Positions 1 to 7,769 of a stretch of DNA of 25,387 nt are shown piece by piece (the first letter of the stretch is position 1; the number at the start of each line of letters is the position of its first letter). Source of the DNA: Elusimicrobiota bacterium (GTDB lineage Bacteria; Elusimicrobiota; UBA8919). Location: assembly GCA_043816185.1 (NCBI GenBank), contig JBDRIG010000082.1, positions 1-25,387 on the forward strand. The letters run 5' to 3'. The notes beneath the pieces were generated by a model that did not search any database, was not told where the DNA came from, and saw only the letters and a list, made by a program, of their open reading frames with translations. The position numbers and the translations under genes are program-made.

Positions 1-127
1 ACCGGGGTTAAAGTCCGGTGTATATATTATACACCACTTTTGATCGTTTGAAAAGATCACAAAAGGTCTGCGCTTTTATGCGTTACTTTATGACCTCCCC
101 GGAAGGAAGCTTGCTTTTCCATTATAC
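1..127 (-). mobile_element. Non-coding end of a multi-copy insertion element (IS110/IS1111-like candidate), truncated by the window edge
   Basis: 1-134 is the reverse complement of 25251-25384 with one mismatch (position 5). It abuts the REP motif CATTGCG at 128-134. No transposase is visible, so the family is inferred. Confidence 0.7.
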
Positions 128-141
128 CATTGCGAGCGAAG
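128..141 (+). repeat. Truncated GTCATTGCG-type REP copy (insertion target)
   Basis: CATTGCGAGCGAAG matches the intact copy GTCATTGCGATCGAAGCGAAGCAATCTC at 9927 but lacks the leading GT. Confidence 0.65.
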
Positions 142-149
142 TAGGTTTG

Positions 150-176
150 GTAGTGAACGGTCTTCAGACCGTTCAT
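150..176 (+). repeat. GTAG-type REP-like palindrome
   Basis: GTAG followed by TGAACGGTCT-TC-AGACCGTTCA (perfect 10-bp arms). A half copy recurs at 3652-3668. Confidence 0.7.
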
Positions 177-241
177 ATCTTGTGTTTGCTGTAGTAAAAT
201 TTCGCTCTGCTTTTTTAGAGAGCAAAAAGGAGGTTCAAAGT

Positions 242-1246
242 ATGAGAAGTATGTTTTTTTTAATGTTTTTTTGTTTGCTATGTGTTGGTGTTGGCCATGC
301 GCAATCGTTAGATACAAAGTCTAACGAAATTGTAGATGGGAAGTTGATATTTGGAATTGAAGCAGGCACAATATTCAACCAGGAATTAGAGGTAAAAGAA
401 AATCCAACCATGACGGTAGCAGAAACTTTGTATGATACGGTGGAATCAATAACTACTACAAAAAATTATGACTACTTCTACCACAATCAAACAGATGTAT
501 GGGGAGACTCAATAACAACAACTAATTCTTGGGAAGATATACAGAATAAGGCCAATCTTTTACTGTTAAAGTGTGGATACGCGATTACGGAAAAAATTGA
601 AGCAGCGATTAAATTAGGTGTTGGCGATAAACGAATATACTACACCGAAAAAACAATAACAAAATACAGAAGCACCTCACTCTTAGATAATTATGACGAG
701 AATACTGTATCAACCACAAAAATTAACAATTTCCCGCAGGATTTTGGCTATGGCTTAGAAATAAAAGGTGATTTATATAGAACCGATAATTTTCAAGTCC
801 GACTTGGCGCTCAGGTTTATCAGCAAAAAAACAAGACCGATCTATCTGATTGTTATTCTGTTGAAAAATCTACCATGGGCGTTGTTAATGAAATACTCTT
901 GGATAGGTATAGTTTGGATACTGAGGAATTTATATACCAAATATCTCTTAACTGTGACTGCGATTTAGGGTATGATTATATTAAACCGTATTTTGGGTTT
1001 GCGATTGTTGATGGGAATATTAAATTTAAACGAGAAGAGTATTTTGATGAAAAATATTATACAGACGGTGTATTTACTGACGGAGTAAAAGAAGAAACAA
1101 CAGTTGAAGCAGAACTGAAACCAAAAAATAATTTCACTCTAATTTTAGGACTTAATTTTCCGTTTGATGAATCGGGCGGCATAAATGTGGAATGTAAATT
1201 GTTAGGCGAGACAGCAATATCTATTGGTAGTAATGTAAAGTTTTGA
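242..1246 (+). CDS. Putative outer-membrane beta-barrel protein, function unknown
   Basis: AGGAGG RBS before ATG 242; signal peptide MRSMFFLMFFCLLCVGVGHA|Q; alternating beta-strand pattern; C-terminal Phe beta-signal (ISIGSNVKF). Confidence 0.75.
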   Translation: MRSMFFLMFFCLLCVGVGHAQSLDTKSNEIVDGKLIFGIEAGTIFNQELEVKENPTMTVAETLYDTVESITTTKNYDYFYHNQTDVWGDSITTTNSWEDIQNKANLLLLKCGYAITEKIEAAIKLGVGDKRIYYTEKTITKYRSTSLLDNYDENTVSTTKINNFPQDFGYGLEIKGDLYRTDNFQVRLGAQVYQQKNKTDLSDCYSVEKSTMGVVNEILLDRYSLDTEEFIYQISLNCDCDLGYDYIKPYFGFAIVDGNIKFKREEYFDEKYYTDGVFTDGVKEETTVEAELKPKNNFTLILGLNFPFDESGGINVECKLLGETAISIGSNVKF

Positions 1247-1298
1247 AGACAACGGGATTTGAAAACAACTGGAATGATTTTTTGACCTATATAGTGTC

Positions 1299-1327
1299 TT
1301 GACAGAATAATTTAAGTTTTGTATAAT
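1299..1327 (+). promoter_or_regulatory. Sigma70 promoter of the rimP-nusA-infB operon
   Basis: TTGACA (1299-1304), 17-bp spacer, TATAAT (1322-1327): perfect consensus. Confidence 0.9.
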
Positions 1328-1338
1328 CCATGTGTAAA

Positions 1339-1369
1339 AAAGAGTGGCTAAAAACCACTTTTTCTTTTT
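1339..1369 (+). promoter_or_regulatory. rimP leader hairpin / attenuator-like terminator
   Basis: AAGAGTGG-CTAAAAA-CCACTTTT plus a T tract just after the predicted transcription start. It resembles the conserved GAGTGG...CCACT hairpin upstream of rimP. Confidence 0.65.
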
Positions 1370-1445
1370 GTGGGAATATAGATTATGCAGATAAGAATAA
1401 AGATTGTGCGGATATAAAAAATAATTTGTGTAATCGGCGTTTAGT

Positions 1446-1961
1446 ATGAAAGAAAAGATTCTTGAAATAATAAAAGAGGATATTGAAAAAGAAGGTTTTG
1501 AAATTATTGAGATAAAAATATCACGTCTGCATGGAAAAACCAATATCCGCGTATTTATTGACAAACTAAGCAAAATTATTCCACCACCTGCTTCCACGAC
1601 GATAGACGTGACTTTGCCGCGTAATCAAGTGGATGGGGTTACGATTTCTGATTGCGAAAAAGTAACTGATATTATCAATTTTCTTTTAGATGGAAACGAT
1701 TTGAATTTTTCAAATTACGTAATTGAGGTTTCATCGCCAGGGATTGACAGGCCGTTGGTATCTGAAAACGATTTTGCAAAAAACGTAGGAAAAATTGTTA
1801 TGATAGTTTTGTCTGAACCTCTTTGCGATATAAAAAGTTATATTGAAGGAAAAATAATTTCTGTAAAAAGTGAGATAGTAACAATTTTAGATATTAAAAA
1901 TAATAAAAAAAGTATACCATTAGAAAAAATATCAAAAGCAAAACTCAAAATTGAAATATAG
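1446..1961 (+). CDS. rimP: Ribosome maturation factor RimP
   Basis: RVFIDK...GVTISDC and YVIEVSSPGIDRPL motifs; lies upstream of nusA. Confidence 0.96.
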   Translation: MKEKILEIIKEDIEKEGFEIIEIKISRLHGKTNIRVFIDKLSKIIPPPASTTIDVTLPRNQVDGVTISDCEKVTDIINFLLDGNDLNFSNYVIEVSSPGIDRPLVSENDFAKNVGKIVMIVLSEPLCDIKSYIEGKIISVKSEIVTILDIKNNKKSIPLEKISKAKLKIEI

Positions 1962-2042
1962 GGAGCAGCGATAAGCAATAAGGATTAAAAAAAGACAAAA
2001 AAATTTAATCTTTAAAGTGAAACAACTTAATCCTGATTTTAT

Positions 2043-3353
2043 ATGGCCGAACAAACTATTGAATTTTTACCAATACTTGAACAAATCGAGAGAGAAAAAG
2101 GTATAAAAAAAGCTGATTTATTAAAAACGATTGAAATTGCACTTATGTCTGCATTTAGAAAACATGAGGGCAATAAAAATCTTAATTTGGAAGTACATAT
2201 CGATGAAAGCACTGGAAAAATCAAAGCGTATCAGGTAAAAAAAATTGTCGAAAAAATAGTAGATGCAGCAACTGAAATTTCACTTGAAGATGCGCTCATA
2301 TTAAAGCCAAAAGTAAGTCTTGATATGAATTTGAAATTTGAGATTGTTATAAACGATTTTGGTCGTATTGCAGCACAAACAGCAAAACAAGTTATAATAC
2401 AAAAAATAAGAGAAATTGAAAAAGATAATCTTTTTATCGAGCATACGTCTAAAGTTGGTCAGATATTAAATGGAATGGTTTATAAATTTATTGGCAAAAA
2501 TATAATACTCGATATGGGAAAAAGCGAATCAATATTACCTGTATACGAACAGTGCCCGAGGGAAAAATTTAATATCGGTGATCGATTGAAAGTGTACGTT
2601 CTTAAAGTTGAAAAAACTTCTCGCGGCCCGCAAATGGTAGTTTCCCGTCTTCATCCTGAGTTGATAAAAAACCTTTTTCGCTTGGAAGTTCCAGAAATTT
2701 ACGACAATACTGTTGAGATAAAAAATATTGTAAGAGAACCTTTTTCGAGAATAAAAGTTGCCGTACTATCGCACAATATAAAAGTTGATGCAATTGGTTC
2801 TTGTGTTGGAGTGAAAGGTATAAGAATAAAGTCAATTATCCAAGAATTACAGGGCGCAAGAATTGATATGGTTACTTATTCGGACAATCCCTCTCAATAT
2901 ATTACAAGTGCTTTAAGCCCTGCGAAAGTATTAACAATAGATGTTAAAGAAGCGGAGAAAAAAGCGTATATAACTGTTGCTGCGGATCAATTGTCTTTGG
3001 CAATCGGAAGAGATGGACAAAATGTTCGTCTTGCTGTAAAATTGACTGGCTGGAATATTGACATAAAACCTGAATTGAAAAAAACATCGAAGGAAACAAC
3101 TGAAACACTAACTGAAACACTAACGGAAACACCAACGGAAACGTCAATGGCAGAAACACCACAAGAACAAAAAGCAGATGATCTTATAGAACTTAAAGGT
3201 ATCGGAGAAAAAACGAAAGAGATATTGATTAAGGCGGGATTTAAAACAATAAATTCGCTTGCAACCGCTACTGTGGAACAATTAACTGCCTTGCCTAAAA
3301 TAGGTGAAAAAACGGCACAAAAAATTATAGATTCTGCGAAAAATACGAAATAG
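2043..3353 (+). CDS. nusA: Transcription termination/antitermination factor NusA with C-terminal helix-hairpin-helix extension
   Basis: FGRIAAQTAKQVIIQKIRE, S1/KH motifs and QLSLAIGRDGQNVRLA; C-terminal LKGIGEKT and LPKIGEKTA HhH motifs. Confidence 0.98.
   Translation: MAEQTIEFLPILEQIEREKGIKKADLLKTIEIALMSAFRKHEGNKNLNLEVHIDESTGKIKAYQVKKIVEKIVDAATEISLEDALILKPKVSLDMNLKFEIVINDFGRIAAQTAKQVIIQKIREIEKDNLFIEHTSKVGQILNGMVYKFIGKNIILDMGKSESILPVYEQCPREKFNIGDRLKVYVLKVEKTSRGPQMVVSRLHPELIKNLFRLEVPEIYDNTVEIKNIVREPFSRIKVAVLSHNIKVDAIGSCVGVKGIRIKSIIQELQGARIDMVTYSDNPSQYITSALSPAKVLTIDVKEAEKKAYITVAADQLSLAIGRDGQNVRLAVKLTGWNIDIKPELKKTSKETTETLTETLTETPTETSMAETPQEQKADDLIELKGIGEKTKEILIKAGFKTINSLATATVEQLTALPKIGEKTAQKIIDSAKNTK
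3099..3146 (+). repeat. 12-bp tandem repeat x4 in the nusA linker (TETL-TETL-TETP-TETS)
   Basis: ACTGAAACACTA x2, ACGGAAACACCA, ACGGAAACGTCA. Confidence 0.85.
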
Positions 3354-3514
3354 ATATAGAAGTAGGAAACACTCCCATTTAACAATTTGTTTCTCGACGA
3401 GGCAACAAGGTGTCGTTGCAACAAGCCGTCATCCATGGAAAAGCATGTCAAGTAGAAAATAGCATCCACTGTCAAAAATCAGTATCTTTTGACACGCTTC
3501 CTTCCAGCTAAAGT

Positions 3515-3651
3515 GGCTGTCCGACAACCTATTCCGCTTTACCGACGACACAGCATCAGTAAAAAAATGATGTGTTGTTTGTTGCTATTGGTTGCCAAAT
3601 ACTGCTATATTTTACAAAAAAAATGACTGTTTTACGATTTGTCGGACAGCC
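3515..3651. mobile_element. MITE-like miniature element with 13-bp terminal inverted repeats
   Basis: GGCTGTCCGACAA (3515-3527) and TTGTCGGACAGCC (3639-3651) are perfect inverted repeats; non-coding; ends resemble IS1182/IS5-type termini. Confidence 0.65.
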
Positions 3652-3709
3652 TCTGAAGACCGTTCATATTTTATATTAAATTCCACACCAATTTGTAATA
3701 GTTTGTGAG

Positions 3710-5959
3710 ATGAAAATGATAATGAAAAAAAGTGATGAAGAAAAAGATAAAAAAATAGATAAACCAGAAAAACTGAAAAAAGTTTCTACTGCAACTGGTG
3801 AAACTGTAAAAAGAAAAGTGAAAGAAAAAAAAGAAAAAGAAAAAACTAAAAAATCAAAAACAGTAAAAACAATATCAGAAAAAATAAAAGCAAAACCAAA
3901 AAAAATCAAGGTTAAAAAAACTGTTTTATCGTCGCCAAAACCCAAAAAAAAAATAAAATCTGTTAAAGAAGTCGTTATACCGAGTGTCTCACAACCAAGC
4001 TTGGTTGTTTCAGAAAAACCATTAGAAAAACCGTTGGAAAAAATTATTTCTGTTCAACCTGTTCAACCAGAAATCAAACCAACAATTGCCGCAGCAATAC
4101 CAAAAATAACACCACCTAATATTATTTCCCAACCACCCCAGCCACCACTTCAACAACAATCTCAACAACAACCAATAATACCTGTACCTAAACCAATTGC
4201 TGTCCCTCGTCCTAAAATAAAAATTGATGAATCAATTGCCATACCAGATCTCGCCTTAAAAATGAATGTCAAACCAATAGAACTTATAAAAAAAATGATG
4301 GTGTCAGGAATTCTTTTAACAATAAATCAGAGAATTACGACGGATGTTGCATCGCTTGTTGCTGATGAATTTGGCTATGATGTTGAGATTATTCCGCTTT
4401 ATGGGACAACCGAATTAGAATCCGAAATAGAACAAGATAACTCGAAGCTGTTACATCGCGCCCCGATTGTTACAATTATGGGACACGTTGATCATGGAAA
4501 AACATCGCTCATGGATGCTATACGATCATCAAATGTGGTAGCACAAGAAGCTGGCGGGATTACACAGCATATAGGTGCTTATAAAGTAAAAACTCCGGGC
4601 GGTGAAATTGTTTTTCTTGATACACCAGGTCACGAAGCGTTTACAGCAATGCGTGCTCGTGGTGCTAATGTAACTGATATAGTAATACTTGTTGTTGCCG
4701 CAGACGATGGGATTATGCCTCAGACGATTGAGGCAATTGACCATGCTCGTGCAGCAAATGTCCCTATAATAGTTGCTATCAATAAAATTGATATGCCGGC
4801 TGCAAATATCCAAAAAGTAAAACAGGAACTTTCAAATCAAAATTTACAACCAGAAGACTGGGGCGGAAAAACAATTACTGTTGAGATTTCGGCAAAAAAA
4901 CTAATTGGTATAGAAAAACTTTTGGAATTAATTTTATTACAAGCAGAAATAATGGAATTGAAAGCAAATCCTAATCGCTCTGCACTCGGTGTTATAGTGG
5001 AAGCAAAGGTTTCATCAAAACAAGGCCCCGTAGCGACGGTTTTAATAAAAACTGGAACTATTAAAGTTGGTGATTGTTTTGTTGCTGGTACCTCTTATGG
5101 AAAAGTTCGAGCTATGCATAATAGTAAAGGTAAACGGCTTTTCGAAGCAGGCCCTTCAACACCTGTTGAAATAATGGGTTTTCAGTGGGCACCTCAATCG
5201 GGTGATAAATTTTTTGCTGTCAGCAATGAAAAACAGGCGCGAACTATTAGTGATATAAGACAGCAGTCAAGAAGAGATGAAAAAATCACTCGACGAAAGC
5301 ATCTTACGCTTGAAGATTTTCATAAAAATTTTATCGATGGTAAAGCAAAAGAATTAGCGTTAATTATCAAAGCGGATGTTCGTGGTTCGGTTGAGGTACT
5401 TCGCGATTCATTAGAAAAACTTTCGACATCTGGTGTCGCCGTAAAAATTATACACTCAGGAATTGGTGGAATAAATGATTCTGATATTATTCTTGCCGCT
5501 GCATCTGATGCTGTTATTATTGGATTTAATGTGAGAACTGAAACTTCGTCTATAGCGATTGCTCAACGCGAAGGAGTTGAAATAAAAACGTATAGAATTA
5601 TTTATGAAATAATAAACGACGTGAAGTCTGCTATGGAAGGACTTTTAGATCCTGATAAAAAAGAAGTATACGCCGGACGTGCAAGGGTTCTTAAAGTATT
5701 TAAAATTGCAAAGACTGGAACTATTGTTGGCTGTATGGTTATAGATGGTAAAATTTCACGGGTTGGCAATACGCGTCTTTTAAGAGATAACACAATTATT
5801 TATGAAGGCAAACTCGCATCACTAAAAAGATTTAAAGATGATGTTAAAGAAGTTGAAAAAGGTTTTGAATGCGGAGTGGTGTTAGAAAATTTTGCCGATA
5901 TAAAAGAAAACGATGTAATAGAATCGTTTGCAATTGAACTTGTAAAAAGAAAATTGTAG
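3710..5959 (+). CDS. infB: Translation initiation factor IF-2
   Basis: GHVDHGKT, DTPGHEAF and NKID GTPase motifs; C-terminal LKRFKDDVKEVEKGFECG; Lys- and Pro/Gln-rich N-terminus. Exact start codon uncertain. Confidence 0.98.
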   Translation: MKMIMKKSDEEKDKKIDKPEKLKKVSTATGETVKRKVKEKKEKEKTKKSKTVKTISEKIKAKPKKIKVKKTVLSSPKPKKKIKSVKEVVIPSVSQPSLVVSEKPLEKPLEKIISVQPVQPEIKPTIAAAIPKITPPNIISQPPQPPLQQQSQQQPIIPVPKPIAVPRPKIKIDESIAIPDLALKMNVKPIELIKKMMVSGILLTINQRITTDVASLVADEFGYDVEIIPLYGTTELESEIEQDNSKLLHRAPIVTIMGHVDHGKTSLMDAIRSSNVVAQEAGGITQHIGAYKVKTPGGEIVFLDTPGHEAFTAMRARGANVTDIVILVVAADDGIMPQTIEAIDHARAANVPIIVAINKIDMPAANIQKVKQELSNQNLQPEDWGGKTITVEISAKKLIGIEKLLELILLQAEIMELKANPNRSALGVIVEAKVSSKQGPVATVLIKTGTIKVGDCFVAGTSYGKVRAMHNSKGKRLFEAGPSTPVEIMGFQWAPQSGDKFFAVSNEKQARTISDIRQQSRRDEKITRRKHLTLEDFHKNFIDGKAKELALIIKADVRGSVEVLRDSLEKLSTSGVAVKIIHSGIGGINDSDIILAAASDAVIIGFNVRTETSSIAIAQREGVEIKTYRIIYEIINDVKSAMEGLLDPDKKEVYAGRARVLKVFKIAKTGTIVGCMVIDGKISRVGNTRLLRDNTIIYEGKLASLKRFKDDVKEVEKGFECGVVLENFADIKENDVIESFAIELVKRKL

Positions 5960-6423
5960 AGAGTTGTAGAAAGGCACGAAAAAAGCTGCAGAAAACTGCG
6001 AAAAAAGCTGCCGTCCCGTTCCCGCGATCCGGTTCCCAATATCCCCACAACCTCCGCGCCCCCACTCAGCCGCACCACCGCTCCTGTGCGCACCGTGCAC
6101 CCCACGCACCCTCACCACCTCGACTACCGTATTTTTCAGAATGCAATCTCCTCGCCAAATCTTGAATCTTATTAATATATTTTAACTTGTTGAAAAAACA
6201 ATCTTACAAAAATCATCTGAACTACCTACAACAAAATTATTCTCCGCATTTTTATTTCACACTAAAAAGAAATAAATTTATCTAAAATTTTGATTACATG
6301 AATTAAAATAATTGTTGATGGTTTTTTTCACAGTAAAGTCCATTTAAATAACAAACACTACTTAATGGTAAAATTTAGCATTATTCACTTCTAAATAAAA
6401 AAACTTAAAAATAAAAAAAATAC

Positions 6424-6452
6424 TTGACAAAATCTGGTAAAATATGTACACT
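6424..6452 (+). promoter_or_regulatory. Sigma70 promoter overlapped by TGGTAAAATATG direct repeats
   Basis: TTGACA-17 bp-TACACT with an A-rich UP region; 12-bp repeats at 6435-6446 and 6475-6486. Confidence 0.75.
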
Positions 6453-6639
6453 ACCACAAGAACAAGATAAAAGATGGTAAAATATGGTAGTTGCTCGCAA
6501 GCAAATTTTTTTGAGACGCTCGTCAGAACTCACTCTACAATTTACTCCTGGAACGAAAAAGTCGTAAATTGAGGCTCTTCAAAAATTTCTTGCTCACTCC
6601 ACGATTAGGAAAAAGTTGTGACCGATCAAAAGGTAAGAT

Positions 6640-6870
6640 ATGATAGAGACAAAAGACATAATGTCAATAAAAGAACTTGCGGAATATCTCGGTATTGGAA
6701 AATCAAAAATTTATAATTTAATCAGGCAAAATAAAATTCCCGCATCAAAAATTGGAAGACAATATAGATTTTCCAAAGATATTATCAACAACTGGTTGAA
6801 AGAAAAAATTATCACAAAACAAAGTATTCCACAAATGGGACTTTTTGAAAAAAAAGAAATCACAGAGTAA
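6640..6870 (+). CDS. Excisionase/BldC-like (HTH_17, MerR-type) DNA-binding protein
   Basis: MSIKELAEYLGIGKSKIYNLIRQNKIPASKIGRQYRF pattern. Confidence 0.92.
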   Translation: MIETKDIMSIKELAEYLGIGKSKIYNLIRQNKIPASKIGRQYRFSKDIINNWLKEKIITKQSIPQMGLFEKKEITE

Positions 6871-6988
6871 AAATAACATCGAATAAAAACATCAAATACG
6901 ACCAAATATTTTATTAAATTCGGTTAAGATTTGTGGTTCATTCGATGATGAAGAAATATATACGCAAAACAAGGGGGGGTGAGATAAA

Positions 6989-7216
6989 ATGGCAGAACAA
7001 GTTGCGAAGGTAGGCGTAAAAAGAGAAGATGGCTATCTGTACTATATCGACAAGGATGGCGATGTTTCTAAAGCAAAGATGGCACGTGGTCGCAAAAAAG
7101 GTAAAGGCGGCAAACCAACGAAAGTAACAAAAGTTGGCGTAAAAAAGGAGAAGGGTTATCTCTATTTCCTTGACAAGAAAGGTAACGTATCAAGAGCCAA
7201 AATGGTACGCAGATAA
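6989..7216 (+). CDS. Small basic protein with two ~29-aa internal repeats, function unknown
   Basis: Strong G-rich RBS; repeats VAKVGVKREDGYLYYIDKDGDVSKAKMAR and VTKVGVKKEKGYLYFLDKKGNVSRAKMVR; followed by a terminator. Confidence 0.85.
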   Translation: MAEQVAKVGVKREDGYLYYIDKDGDVSKAKMARGRKKGKGGKPTKVTKVGVKKEKGYLYFLDKKGNVSRAKMVRR

Positions 7217-7246
7217 ATAAAAGTTTTAAATTTACGTAAATAAATT

Positions 7247-7294
7247 AAAAAACCCTCGAATTTCCAAAAGAAATAACGGGGGTTTTTTATTTTT
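7247..7294 (+). terminator. Rho-independent terminator, possibly bidirectional
   Basis: AAAAAACCCTCG...CGGGGGTTTTTT stem flanked by A and T tracts. Confidence 0.75.
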
Positions 7295-7358
7295 ACTTAA
7301 CTGTGGACGCGATTCTTCAACTGTATACCATCGTGCGTTGTGACCGTGCAAAAACGCA

Positions 7359-7550
7359 TTACCAATATGTCATTCCTACGGAATTTTTGGTTTGTTTGTG
7401 GTTACTGTTTCTACCGATATTTTGTTCCTACGGAACAATTGGTTTAATGCTTATGAATTTTATAATGTATCGTAGCCCCATAGGGATGATATATTGGTAG
7501 AAAAAATCGTAGTAAATCACATAGCCCCGTATGGACGGCATATTGGTAAA
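7359..7550. repeat. Cluster of four REP-like repeats (two forward, two inverted)
   Basis: TACCAATATGTCATTCCTACGGAA-like copies at ~7359 and ~7408; inverted AGCCCCRTA..GA....ATATTGGTA copies at ~7474 and ~7523. Confidence 0.75.
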
Positions 7551-7640
7551 AAATTATCACAAAACATAACAAATGCTGTGGATGACATAATTGGAAATGG
7601 TGCAGGATAACGCACGAACACAATTCGTATGTACAACAAA

Positions 7641-7667
7641 CACAGGATGAATCCTGCTGCGAACTAC
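7641..7667 (-). repeat. GTAG-type REP-like palindrome
   Basis: CAGGAT-GA-ATCCTG hairpin followed by CTAC (GTAG on the - strand). Confidence 0.45.
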
Positions 7668-7769
7668 CAAATCTTATTTGTGGTTCGTCGTTTGTTCACG
7701 CAATACACATCACGCACGACGAAATAGGCAGGAAGAATGGAGGAAGGGTTAACAGTTAACTCAATTAAT

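Noticed and set aside
1..127. Group II intron end or dif site
   Set aside because: No domain V motif, no GTGCG start and no XerD TTATGTTAAA arm.
182..241. GTG-start N-terminal extension of the beta-barrel gene
   Set aside because: The RBS and signal peptide support ATG 242. Similar over-extensions were trimmed for dnaJ, dnaK, RhuM copy 2 and rseP.
57..317. 86-aa ORF here and the 60-aa ORF at 25185-25367
   Set aside because: Both cross the element/REP junction and show no protein-like features.
5800..6118. Three minus-strand ORFs over the GC-rich patch
   Set aside because: They are open because of local GC richness, overlap infB antisense and have no motifs.
6130..6480. Replication origin in the AT-rich region
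   Set aside because: No perfect TTATCCACA DnaA boxes seen and no dnaA/dnaN context.
6640..6870. Prophage excisionase
   Set aside because: No integrase, att site or phage genes nearby.
7303..7550. CRISPR array or 65-aa CDS
   Set aside because: The repeats are degenerate, in both orientations and irregularly spaced, with no cas genes. The ORF is translated repeat sequence.
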